DNA of 64,000 nucleotides, from positions 13,516,001 to 13,580,000 of the forward strand of contig JBHGNT010000010.1 of the NCBI GenBank assembly GCA_043228905.1, written 5' to 3'. Origin of the DNA: Azolla caroliniana. Taxonomy: Eukaryota; Plantae; Polypodiophyta. The notes below the pieces were generated by a model. That model did not search any database and was not told where the DNA came from. It saw only the letters and a list, made by a program, of their open reading frames with translations. This document shows, one piece after another, positions 23,540 through 35,081 of the stretch. A program made the position numbers and the translations under genes. Position 1 is the first letter of the stretch, and every line of letters starts with the position of its first letter.

Positions 23540-25288
23540 GATTCCTGCAGAGTGCAGAGAACACCGAGGGATGGATGTCTAGACCGAACAGCGACCACAT
23601 TACTGAATGAGGGAGATGGTTCGCCAAACGACAACAACGACGGGAAGCCTTGCAGCAAGCGGCCGAGGAGATCCAGCAGGATCGGTCCTTTTCCAGAACG
23701 CTTCGGAGAGTCGCAGAAGAAGCATTGCAGTTCCGGAATCAACAATTCTCCGACGAAGGCAATAGCCTGACTATTCTGCAGGAAGCAAAATCAATACTAC
23801 AAGCGCTTGCCGGTGGCGACGGAGACGCAGGAGCATTCGCAAACCTAGAGTCGGATCCAGACAGCGAAGAGAGCGTTGCGTCACGGTATAAAAGCAGTCA
23901 CGACACCCCGAACGATCCGGAGGAAGACGGGTCGGACAACTCATTGACGCCGGAACCAACGGAAGAAATAACCTTGGAGTTCGGGGACCGGCAATCGCCG
24001 AGAGAGACTAATCGTATACCGACACCAGCTGCGGAGGAAGCGAAGGATCGTATACCGACACCACCCGCGGAGGAAGCAAGGAATCACACACCACCGAAAG
24101 AGCGGAGAGAGAGGGATACCCAGTCGAAACAACCAGATGACACCATGCCGTATCCTTACCCAAAATACCGGGATGATCCCGACGCGGAGGCTCATGTGTA
24201 CGCATTTCTCCAGACATGAGAAGCCAACCATGTCTCTTAGAGATTGATGGAGCCCGAGGCCAAGCGGTCCAAAGTCGCCGAATTCGGCATGACGCTGGAA
24301 GGACTGGCCGCTCGTTGGCATGCAAAACATTTACCCAGCAGCTTTGCCACATTCGAGGCCTTGAAGGCAAAATTCCTTCGGTTGTTCCATAGACAAGTAG
24401 AATAGAGGGAACTAGTCGGGCAATTCTATACCACACGACATGAAGAGCAGGAAACAATACCACAATTTATCATCCGGTTCCAGACCTTGCACAACCAGTT
24501 GACAAGAGCACCTCCCGAAGACGAAGCGAAAGCAGTATTTTTGGCTACATTAAGGGAACCACTTAGAACAATGTGCGGAGTTGTCGATTTCCGTACCAGC
24601 ACGGTGGACCAGGTCATTGACCGAGTACTAGAGATGGACAAAAACAGTTCATTCATGTCACTAGGAATGCTACACCAGGCTCTCCCGAAGGAAGAAGATT
24701 TGAGGTTCCGGCAAGCCCTGCAGTGCACAACGTGTCTCAATTCGGGCCACTCAACGGTCGACTGCACTATGCGCACACAGTGCATGATATGCCACTCTCG
24801 GGCACATACGATGGACCGATGCGAGTACAACTTGCTCAATCGGCAGGCGGCACCGGTCCGACACATAGAACCACGGAACAATCAGGACCCGGAAGAAGAC
24901 AAATTCGAGAGAGACGATCGCGACCAACGCGAGCGCGGCGACAGATACACTGATCGGCGACGTGAGGACTATGATCGCAACGAGAAACGCAGGGACGGCT
25001 ATCGCAGGGACCGGTATGAACGAGACGACTCCCTGGAATATGACCGACGTAGAGACGATAGACGTCAAGGGAACCGAAATTTCCGGCGAAATCAGAAGCG
25101 AGGGTTTTTTCACAGAGAGGAGTGCCAGGAGGCGGCGAGAGGCGGCGAGAGATAACAACCCAGTATCGGCACCAGAGAACCAGAAAACAGAAGACAACCG
25201 CCGGGTAATCTCCACCGGAAGCAAAGGAGAATCAAGTAACAACCACAAAGTATATTGTTACTACTGCCGAAAGGAAGGGCATTACAGT

Positions 25289-25914
25289 TGTTGGGATTTC
25301 GGTCCCTTTCGGATGGGATGGTCGGATATCGGAGATGAATGCCGACAAGCCCGGTTTCGGTTTCGGTTTCGGATCCGGATGACGAAGACCCCGGCTTCGG
25401 TGCCGGATGACGAATGTACCCGGAGAGCGATCCGGATGCAGGGACATATCCGTGAATATGTTCGCTACGAGCCCCCTGAGGCTATAGTTGTAAATAGCCC
25501 AAAGTCATATAAGTATAAATATGACTTAGGGCAAACAGTTTTTCTGTTGCTTCTCATTTTTCTGTTTTTCCACTTTAGAGGAGTGAAGAGAGAGCAGCCG
25601 TGAGAGAGAGAAAGAGAGAGAGCGCGAGAGAGAAAGAGGTAGACGCCTCTGTGTATTTCCGCCGCCTGTGGCGAGGACAGCGAGCTCAAGGTCGTCGCCT
25701 TGGAGCTCGTCATTGTATACTTCTCTGTATAGTGTTGTTTGGAGTCTTGTACTCCCGTGGTTTTTCCCCGTTTAGGGTTTTCCACGTTAATCCTTGTGTA
25801 CTCGCGTTTCTTCGTTTTGTTTCTACGTGTGTTTCCTATTTTCTGCTCCATTGATCCGCGATTAATCGGTTGTGGCCGAGATAAGAAGGTGGATAGAAGG
25901 GCCTATTCCTTACA
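25289..25914 (+). repeat. 5' LTR of Copia G
   Basis: TG...CA; appears identical to the 3' LTR apart from repeat copy number. Confidence 0.97.
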
Positions 25915-25943
25915 AACTGGTATCAGAGCGACTGTTGCAGAAA

Positions 25944-28900
25944 ATGGAAGGCGGCGGCAGCGGGCAGCCGATGATGATGGTGCTGAATGCACAGAATTAC
26001 GCCGACTGGAAGATCAAGATGGAGGATCTTCTGATTGTTCGGGACCTGTACGAACCGATTGACAGGTCGGAAATACCGAAGGGGGTACTTGAGTCGGAGT
26101 GGAAGCTCCTGAACCGGAAAGCCGTAGCGACGATCCGACAATATGTCGACGTAAGCGTCCTGCAACATGTGGCGAACGACACCAACGCATACGAGATGTG
26201 GAAGAAGCTGTCTGGCCTCTATGAGAGGAAGAATGCGTTGAACCGGACCTCCCTGATGAGGAAGATTGTGAATCTCAAGTATCGGGACGGCGAGAGTATG
26301 GTGGAACACGTAAGCACGTTCATGGGATTCGTGAACCAGCTTGCGGCGATCAAGTTCCCGTTGGAGGATGCAATGCAAGCCATCATCCTGATGTGTACAT
26401 TGCCGGAAAGCTGGGAGAACTTGGTGGTGACTCTCAGCACCTCGTGCACCGAAGATAACTTGTCCTTACAAACTGTAAAGACAAGTATTCTGAATGAAGA
26501 AGCGCGTCGGAGAGATAAGGAACCGGCCTCCGACCCGAAGATGCTGTTTACCGAATCGGATCGGGGAAGACAATGGAACCGGAGTCCGCAAAGACGGGAG
26601 AAGTCGGGGACCCGGTCGCAGTCAAGAGGAAGGCCCACATGCTTCCACTGTGGGAAGCCGGGGCACTTCCGAAAGAATTGTCGGCATTACCGAAAAGACA
26701 ACGGAGCCGACGACACCGACTCGAAGAAGTCACCGGAGAGAAACGGTGCATACCGGGGAGCCACGGACCGGAGAGGTTCGGATCGGCGAGGGCAAGACCG
26801 GAAAGGAACAACGGCACTCGCGGCAAGTGAGGAAGAAATCATGCTCATCACCGAAGAAGGTGAGCTAAACGTTGCCGGCGATGAGACGACCTGGGTGGTC
26901 GATTCCGGAGCATCGTTCCACCTGACCCCGGAGAGAAGATACTTCTCATCCTACACAGCCGGCGAGCATGGCTGTGTTCGGATGGGAAATGAAGGTACGT
27001 GCCGGATTGCCGGCATAGGAGACGTGTGGTTGACAACCCCGACCGGATGCAAAATGCTGCTGAAAGATGTCCGACACGTTCCGGAGGTCCGATTGAACCT
27101 GATTTCGGCCGGGAGGCTAGATGATGAAGGCTACACGGGTAGCATCCGGAACGGTGTCATGAAGTTCAGCAAGGGGAGCTTGATAGTGGTTCGGGCCCGG
27201 AAGGTCAACACACTGTACCTGATGAATGCCCGGTTATGTCCGGAAGAGCTGAATGTGGCAGCCGACACTGCCGGTGAGCTGTGGCACAAAAGACTGTGCC
27301 ACATGAGTGAGAAGGGGATGAAGAGGCTTGCAGAAGACAACCTCATCCCAGTGAAGCACGTGCACCTGGAGAAGTGCACCGATTGCCTGGCCGGTAAGCA
27401 GAACCGAACCTCCTTCCACTCAAGGCCACCGACGAGACGTAGCGCACCATTGGAGTTGGTGCACACTGATGTGTGTCAGGTAGAAACGAAGTCACATGGC
27501 GGAGCCCAGTACCTCGTGACATTCATTGATGATCACAGCCGGAAGCTGTGGACGGCACCGTTGAAGACAAAGGACCAAGTGTTGTCCGTCTTCAAAGAAC
27601 TCCACGCGAGAGTGGAAAGGGAATCCGGCAAGAAGCTGAAAGCGATACGAGCGGATAACGGAGGGGAATACCGGGGGCAGTTCCAGGAGTACTGTCGCTC
27701 GAAGGGAATCCGACTCGAGTTTACTGTGCCGAAGACGCCGGAACTGAATGGGCTGGCCGAGAGGATGAACCGGACCATAATGGAGCGGGTCCGGAGTATG
27801 CTGGCGCATGCGAAATTACCCAAGGGGTTTTGGGCTGAGGCAATGTCGACGGCGACATACGTGATAAACAGATCACCCTCAGTACCTTTGGACGGAGACA
27901 CGCCGCAGAGAGTGTGGACCGGTAAGGAAGTGTCCTACCGGCATCTGAAGGTGTTCGGGTGTCTCGCATACGTGCATGTGGCAAAGGACCGGAGAGGAAA
28001 GCTAGATCCGAAGACCCGGCCATGCATATTCCTCGGTTACGGCGACGACGAGTTCGGCTACCGAGTATGGGACCCGGTCGACAAGAAGATATTCCGGAGT
28101 CGTGATATCATCTTCATGGAGAACAAGACGCTCGCCGACTGGGAGTCGGAGAAGAAGATGAAGAGCTCCAAGTCGACCGGTGAGGATCAACTCTACAAGG
28201 AGCAGTCCCGACCGGCAAGGGACCGGTTAGCACTCGAGGATCCGGCCGAAGACAGTGAAGACACAGAACCGGCCGAAGAAGATGAAAATGATACCGGAAC
28301 CGGCCCCGATCCCGAAATGGTCTCGGATGAAGAAGAATCGGAAGAACCGGTTACCGAAGCTCCGGAACGGAGATATCCTCTAAGAGAGAGAAGGGCCCCC
28401 CGGAGATTTCCGGAACCAGAGCACGTGCTGCTAACCGACGAGGGGGAGCCGGAGAGCTTTGAAGAAGCGAAGCATGACACCCAGAGCCGCAGGTGGTTGA
28501 GTGCCATGCAGGACGAGATGGATTCCCTGCATGAGAACCACACATATGAACTTGTGGAGTTGCCGAAGGGAAAGCGGGCACTTCGAAACAAGTGGGTGTT
28601 CAAGCTGAAACCGGGAGATGCCGGAAACCCCCCGAGATACAAAGCCAGGATCGTGGTGAAGGGGTTTCAGCAAAAGAAGGGCGTCGACTTCGACGAGATA
28701 TTTGCCCCGGTAGTGAAGATGACCTCCATCCGGACGGTGCTGAGCATAGCGGCAAGCATGGACCTCGAGGTAGAACAGATGGACGTGAAGACAGCATTCC
28801 TTCACGGTGACCTCGAAGAAGAAATCTACATGCAGCAACCGGAAGGATTCGAGAAGAAAGGGAAGGAGCACCTGGTATGCCGGTTGAAGAAGAGCCTTTA

Positions 28901-30017
28901 CGGACTGAAGCAGGCTCCCCGGCAATGGTACCGGAAGTTCGACTCCTTCATGACCGACGAAGGGTACCTCAAAACGCAGTCCGACCACTGCGTGTTTGTG
29001 AAGAAGTTTGAAGGAGGAGACTTCCTAATACTCCTCCTGTACGTGGACGACATGTTGATCGTCGGACGGGACCAGGTCAAGATACGGATGCTGAAGAAGG
29101 CTCTTCACCGAACCTTCTCAATGAAGGACCTGGGTCCGGCGAGGCAAATACTAGGGATGCACATCATCCGGGACCGGAAGAAGAAGCAGTTGTGGCTGTC
29201 ACAGGAGAAGTACGTGACAAAGGTGCTTCAACGGTTCAACATGTCGGAAGCAAGACCGGTCGGATCGACCCTCCCGGCAAACTGCAAGCTGACCAGCAAG
29301 CAAAGTCCCAAGACAAAGGCTGAAAAGGAGGATATGATGGAAGTGCCGTATGCCTCAGCCGTCGGGAGCTTGATGTACGCCATGGTGTGTACGAGACCGG
29401 ACATAGGATATGCAGTCGGAGTGGTGAGCCGGTACATGAGCAATCCCGGCAAAGAGCACTGGAACGCGGTCAAGTGGATACTCCGATACCTGAAGGGCAC
29501 GGCAAACATGTGCCTCCGTTTCGGCTCCGGTAAGCCCGAACTCGAAGGCTTTACTGATTCTGATATGTCGGCTGATGCAGATACCAGCCGGTCCACATCA
29601 GGGTATGTGATGACGTATGCAGGGGGAGCTGTTTCGTGGCAGTCGAGGCTGCAGAAGACGGTTGCGTTGTCAACCACGGAGGCGGAGTACATGGCGGCTG
29701 TTGAAGCCGGCAAGGAAATAATATGGATGAAGGACTTCATTAGAGAGCTCGGTATCCGGCAAGAGGAGTACCGACTCTACTGCGACAGTCAGAGTGCCAT
29801 CCACCTTGCGAAGAACGCAGCCTATCACTCCCGGACGAAGCACATCCAGCGAAGATATCACTGGATCCGGGAAAGGATAGAAGACAAGGAGTTCGTGCTG
29901 ACGAAGATCCACACCGACGAGAACGGGTCGGATATGCTGACCAAGGTGCTCACACCCGACAAGCTGGAAGCATGCCGGAAGAGGATCGGATTGGAAAGAC
30001 ATCCCATGCCGAAGTGA
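25944..30017 (+). CDS. Copia G Gag-Pol polyprotein (1357 aa): gag, CCHC, protease, integrase, RT, RNase H
   Basis: ATG 15 nt after the PBS; CFHCGKPGHFRKNC, WVVDSGAS, LWHKRLCH, DNGGEY, NGLAERMNRT, LLLYVDDML, FTDSD, TKHI. Confidence 0.97.
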   Translation: MEGGGSGQPMMMVLNAQNYADWKIKMEDLLIVRDLYEPIDRSEIPKGVLESEWKLLNRKAVATIRQYVDVSVLQHVANDTNAYEMWKKLSGLYERKNALNRTSLMRKIVNLKYRDGESMVEHVSTFMGFVNQLAAIKFPLEDAMQAIILMCTLPESWENLVVTLSTSCTEDNLSLQTVKTSILNEEARRRDKEPASDPKMLFTESDRGRQWNRSPQRREKSGTRSQSRGRPTCFHCGKPGHFRKNCRHYRKDNGADDTDSKKSPERNGAYRGATDRRGSDRRGQDRKGTTALAASEEEIMLITEEGELNVAGDETTWVVDSGASFHLTPERRYFSSYTAGEHGCVRMGNEGTCRIAGIGDVWLTTPTGCKMLLKDVRHVPEVRLNLISAGRLDDEGYTGSIRNGVMKFSKGSLIVVRARKVNTLYLMNARLCPEELNVAADTAGELWHKRLCHMSEKGMKRLAEDNLIPVKHVHLEKCTDCLAGKQNRTSFHSRPPTRRSAPLELVHTDVCQVETKSHGGAQYLVTFIDDHSRKLWTAPLKTKDQVLSVFKELHARVERESGKKLKAIRADNGGEYRGQFQEYCRSKGIRLEFTVPKTPELNGLAERMNRTIMERVRSMLAHAKLPKGFWAEAMSTATYVINRSPSVPLDGDTPQRVWTGKEVSYRHLKVFGCLAYVHVAKDRRGKLDPKTRPCIFLGYGDDEFGYRVWDPVDKKIFRSRDIIFMENKTLADWESEKKMKSSKSTGEDQLYKEQSRPARDRLALEDPAEDSEDTEPAEEDENDTGTGPDPEMVSDEEESEEPVTEAPERRYPLRERRAPRRFPEPEHVLLTDEGEPESFEEAKHDTQSRRWLSAMQDEMDSLHENHTYELVELPKGKRALRNKWVFKLKPGDAGNPPRYKARIVVKGFQQKKGVDFDEIFAPVVKMTSIRTVLSIAASMDLEVEQMDVKTAFLHGDLEEEIYMQQPEGFEKKGKEHLVCRLKKSLYGLKQAPRQWYRKFDSFMTDEGYLKTQSDHCVFVKKFEGGDFLILLLYVDDMLIVGRDQVKIRMLKKALHRTFSMKDLGPARQILGMHIIRDRKKKQLWLSQEKYVTKVLQRFNMSEARPVGSTLPANCKLTSKQSPKTKAEKEDMMEVPYASAVGSLMYAMVCTRPDIGYAVGVVSRYMSNPGKEHWNAVKWILRYLKGTANMCLRFGSGKPELEGFTDSDMSADADTSRSTSGYVMTYAGGAVSWQSRLQKTVALSTTEAEYMAAVEAGKEIIWMKDFIRELGIRQEEYRLYCDSQSAIHLAKNAAYHSRTKHIQRRYHWIRERIEDKEFVLTKIHTDENGSDMLTKVLTPDKLEACRKRIGLERHPMPK

Positions 30018-30027
30018 AGGGGGAGTT

Positions 30028-30675
30028 TGTTGGGATTTCGGTCCCTTTCGGATGGGATGGTCGGATATCGGAGATGAATGCCGACAAGCCCGGTTTCGGT
30101 TTCGGATCCGGATGACGAAGACCCCGGCTTCGGTGCCGGATGACGAAGACCCCGGCTTCGGTGCCGGATGACGAATGTACCCGGAGAGCGATCCGGATGC
30201 AGGGACATATCCGTGAATATGTTCGCTACGAGCCCCCTGAGGCTATAGTTGTAAATAGCCCAAAGTCATATAAGTATAAATATGACTTAGGGCAAACAGT
30301 TTTTCTGTTGCTTCTCATTTTTCTGTTTTTCCACTTTAGAGGAGTGAAGAGAGAGCAGCCGTGAGAGAGAGAAAGAGAGAGAGCGCGAGAGAGAAAGAGG
30401 TAGACGCCTCTGTGTATTTCCGCCGCCTGTGGCGAGGACAGCGAGCTCAAGGTCGTCGCCTTGGAGCTCGTCATTGTATACTTCTCTGTATAGTGTTGTT
30501 TGGAGTCTTGTACTCCCGTGGTTTTTCCCCGTTTAGGGTTTTCCACGTTAATCCTTGTGTACTCGCGTTTCTTCGTTTTGTTTCTACGTGTGTTTCCTAT
30601 TTTCTGCTCCATTGATCCGCGATTAATCGGTTGTGGCCGAGATAAGAAGGTGGATAGAAGGGCCTATTCCTTACA
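30028..30675 (+). repeat. 3' LTR of Copia G
   Basis: Follows the PPT; matches the 5' LTR. Confidence 0.97.
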
Positions 30676-33600
30676 ACAGTAACCAATGCCCGATCAAAAC
30701 AAACGATAAGCAGCCGACAGTCAATATGGTCATGGCTGAGGTGACCGACGTTCAGCAGGTAACAACCCGGTCGAAAGGGAAAGCTGCAAAATGGGAAGCC
30801 CAGGAGGCAATCCGAAAGCAGGCATCGGAATGGGTTAAAAAGGCCAACGAACAGAACATGGCGGAGATAACAAACCAGAATACGCAGCTTGAGGAAGCAG
30901 TCACGCAACCGGAGGACAACCCAATGTGGCAAGCACTACAAGATTGTCAGATCATGCTACCATTAGCACGTCTGCTCCAGTTGGTACCACGATTCACAGC
31001 GGATCTACAGGCAACCGTCATCAAACCAAAGCCAGCGCCGGCACCGGCGTTTTTCTCCAACCCGGAAGAAGGACCGACCGTGGTGGACACAAGCAGCCCG
31101 ACAATCACACTAATTGTGAAGGGCAAGGAAATCGCCGGAACGATCATTGACGGAGGATCAGGAATAAACGTCGTCAATCGACGAACATGCGACAACTTGG
31201 GCATCTGAGAATGGGAGCCGTGTCCCTTCTGGTTACGCATGGCAGATACCAATTCGGTCCGACCAACCGGGCTTATCCGGGACCTGGAGGTCACAGTCGG
31301 GGGCCACGTATTCCGCATATCGGCCGTGGTGCTGCAACTAAATGTGCAAGGAGCATACCCTCTACTGTTGGGACAACCATGGCTACGAACAACACATATT
31401 AAACAAAATTGGCAAAAGAATATTATCACATTCCGGCGTGGGAAGACGAAGGTACGTGTGGCTACACAGCCGCGGGCAATCACCAGTAAAGAAGCGACCC
31501 CACTATATGCAGAGAGTATCAACATGTTGGAAGGGTTGCCAGACAAGGAGATCGATCGTTATATGGAGGAACACCCGAAGATCTTACCACTCTTTGAGGT
31601 CGACATCACGGCAGCTATCGGACCATATATCACTACTCCGGAACCGGACGAGCCGGATCAGGCAACAATCTGAGAGTTGCGCCAAGCATAGGAGTCACTT
31701 GAGAGGGAAATGACGATATCACAGAGAGTAAAAGCGTCCCAGTTGGAGGAGGTGGACCTCGGAATGATGGACAAACCAAGGCCGGTAAAAGTGGCAACGG
31801 AATTGCCGGACAAAGAGAAGAAGGCAATGGTCTCTTTATTAACAGACTTTCGGGACATATTCGCATGGTCGTACGAAGACATGCGAGGGCTGGACCCCCA
31901 GCTGTATCAACACCAAATTCACCTCAGTACAGATGCTAAACCAGTAGCACAACAAAGGTACCGCATGAACCCAAATTATGCGGCAAAGGTCAAAGAAGAA
32001 ATTGACAAGTTGCTCAGGGTCAGGTTCATCCGACCAGTGAAGCAGGCAACCTAGTTAAGCCCGATAGTGGTCGTTCCAAAGAAAAACGGCAAGATCCGGG
32101 TGTGCGTGGATTACCGGAAGTTGAACGCAGCCACGGTAACCGACGCGTTCCCATTACCGTTCACGGACGGGGTACTGGATGCGGTTGCCGGACACGAGGT
32201 CTACAACTTCCTAGACGGATTCAATGGTTACAACCAGATTCGGATGCGCCCGGCTGACCAGGAAAAGACGGCCTTCATTACAGAATGGGGGGTATTTGTG
32301 GCGGTAGTAATGATGGTCGGGTTAAAGACGGCCCTAGCAACGTTCCAGCAGATCATAATGGAGATATTTGGAGAGTACATCCCTAGGTTTATGCAGGTGT
32401 TCCTCGACGATTTTGCGGTATACAGCCTGCAAACGGAACACCTCGACCACCTTCGGTTATGCCTAGAAAAATGCAATGAATACCAACTGAGCTTGAACCC
32501 AGCCAAGTGTGTCTTTGGAGTAGCAAGCGGCAACCTATTAGGACACGTGGTTAGCAAAGAAGGGATCATTGTGGATCCGGACAAGGTAAGAGAAATCCTC
32601 GAGGCACCAGCACCAAACAACGCGAAAGCCCTAAGTCGGTTCTTGGGGAAAATTAGGTGGCACAGCCGGATGATACGACACCTTGCAAATTTTGCTACAC
32701 CACTTCATGCCGTAGTACACCGGATGCCCTTTCAGTGGGCAGAAACCGAGGAAAAAGCATACCAAGCGTTGAAGGTAATGATATCACAAGCTCCGGTGGT
32801 GCAACCTTCGGATTGGACGAAGAGTTTTCATGTCTTCGTAGATGCGTCGGACATCGCAATAGGAAGTGTCTTAATGCAGCTAACTAAGCCGAAGTGGTAC
32901 CGGCCGGTTTACTACGCCAGCCGGAAGCTCTCGAAAGCGGAACGGAATTATTCCACAACGGAAAGGGAAGCCTTAGGCATGGTATACAGTGTCACGAAAT
33001 ACCGACACTACTTACTAGGAAGAAAGTTCTCCTTCCACGTAGATCATTCGGCACTATTGTACTTGGTCTCGAAGGCATCGCTGACCGGTAAAATCGCAAG
33101 GTGGACGTTGCTGCTTCAAGAATTTGAATTTGATATCTTCCACCGACCTGGGGTGCAGCACGCGGTGGCCGACTACCTAAGCAAACTCGAATCCGGAGAA
33201 GTGGGCAACGGCGTACAAGAAGAGTTTCCCGATGCCAAATTGTTCCGAATAACGATGGAACCAGCCACAGATGCAACAGTTGCCGAGGAGGACAAGTGGC
33301 TAACCGATATGCACCAATTCTTGAGCACCGGATTACCTCTTGAGAACATGAATTGGGACGAGCGGAAGCGTGTGGTGGTCCAAAGCAGGCACTTCTGTCT
33401 GGTCAGGGACACCCTCTACCACAAGGGGGCGGACGGTATCTGGCGACGAACAATGCGGAGCGACAAAAAGGAGATGATCCTAAGGGAAGCTCACTGCGGT
33501 ATAGCTGGAGGGCATTATGCCGGAGAAGTAGAAGCCCGAAAAATATGGCAAAGCGGGTTATGGTGGCCAACCACCCTCAAGGATGCCATCAGGTATAGTA

Positions 33601-35081
33601 AAGAATGCGATCTATGTTAGCGACTGGGTCAACCAACGGAGCAGGCCCAAATGCCTCACCACCTAGTCTTGCCTCTGGAGCCATTTTAGAAATGGGAACT
33701 AGACTTCGTCGGTCCATTTAAACCCCCAGCGATGAGAACCAGGAATCGGTACATCATAGTGGCCACCGATTACTGCACAAAGTGGGTCGAAGCGAAGGCA
33801 TTGAGAGATAACACGGCCGCTTCCACAACAAAATTTTTGTATGAATGCATATGGTGCCGATATGGTTGCCCGATCGAGTTGATAAGCGATCAAGGAGGGC
33901 ATTTCCTTGGGCAAGTAGTGGAAAGCTTGACGTTGTTCTATGCGGTGGTGCACAAACGAAGCACACCTTATTACCCGCAGGCCAACGGATTGGCTGAATC
34001 AACCAACAAAACCCTACAAAATATTTTACGGAAAATTGTCAATGAGAATCGGACAGATTGGAACACGAAGCTGCAGAGCGCACTTTGGGCATACCAGACA
34101 CCGTACAAGACCAGCATCCAGACAACCCTGTTCCGATTGGCATTCGGATTGGAAGCAGTGATGCCGGTAGAGTTTCAAATTCCAAGTTTACAGATACAGG
34201 TGAAGGAACCCTTGAGCAAGAAAGAGTTCGAGAAAATTCGGCTGGCAACATTGTGCGAGTTAGAGGAAAACCGAATAGCAAGCTTGCTACAGCTTGAGCT
34301 CGAACAACGGAGAAGGAAGGCATTCGTAGACCGACATCAGAGAGGCAATGAAAAGGAATTCGAAATCGGAAAACCGGTCCTACTATTCCAAACCCGAATG
34401 AGCAACATGCCGGGAAAGCTACGGTTTCGGTGGACCGGACCGTTCTGGATTACGAAAGAATATAATGGGTCGTATCAGCTCGGCACGCTAGCAGGCGAGA
34501 TCATCGGAAAATGGGCAAACGGATTCCGGTTGAAGCCCTACAAAGGACGCATGCCGGCCAACCCATTTCAGAAGAACGAGGACTCACAAGATCCGGAAAA
34601 CCGGCAGGAAGAAGGTCCGGCACCAGATATAACCAATCCGGGATGCCCGGATACAATCGACAACTAACGTAACAAATTTCGAAAAAATAAAATAAAATAA
34701 AATAAATAAATAAAAAGAAAAAGAAATACAGACGTAATTATGAGGGAGAATGGAAAAGGTGGGAGCGCCAGCAATTAATTTAAAAAAGTTTAATGAAATG
34801 CCGGCAGTTATTAAGTGAAAAGGTGGGGGACTTGCTATTTAAAGCCTAGCCACTAAAAACGAGGCGAAGGACACATACTAATTATGGCAAGAGGTATGCA
34901 TGCGCGGGAATCAAGAAACGACGGCTCGAGGAGAATGAACCTACAAAAGGCAAAGGCGTGTGAAGGAATCACATTTCGTTAATTTTCTTTGAAGCAGGCA
35001 CGAGAAAATGGGAGAGCACCCAGACGCACAGAGCTCAGCGTCAACACTGACCAGCACACCCACGAGGAAGACACAGGTCCC

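Larger units (their letters stand above)
25289..30675 (+). mobile_element. Intact, young Ty1/Copia element G (Tnt1/Tork-like)
   Basis: TSD ACAGT at 25284-25288 and 30676-30680; LTRs 25289-25914 and 30028-30675; PBS TGGTATCAGAGC 25918-25929; PPT 30016-30025; uninterrupted ORF. Confidence 0.98.
23570..34667 (+). pseudogene. Gypsy B gag-pol (excluding the Copia G insert 25289-30680)
   Basis: Gag fragments 23650-24219 and 24487-25155; CYYCRKEGHYS|NQC split by the insertion; protease ~31130-31400; RT/RH 31710-33620; integrase 33732-34667. Confidence 0.9.

Noticed and set aside
25872-25943. N-terminal extension of the 1381-aa ORF from the ORF track
   Set aside because: It starts at a GTG inside the LTR and crosses the PBS; the ATG at 25944 (conserved in element H at 62330) is the plausible start.
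28193-29740. Long antisense ORFs over Copia and Gypsy pol regions
   Set aside because: Shadow frames of GC-rich coding sequence, with no independent motifs.
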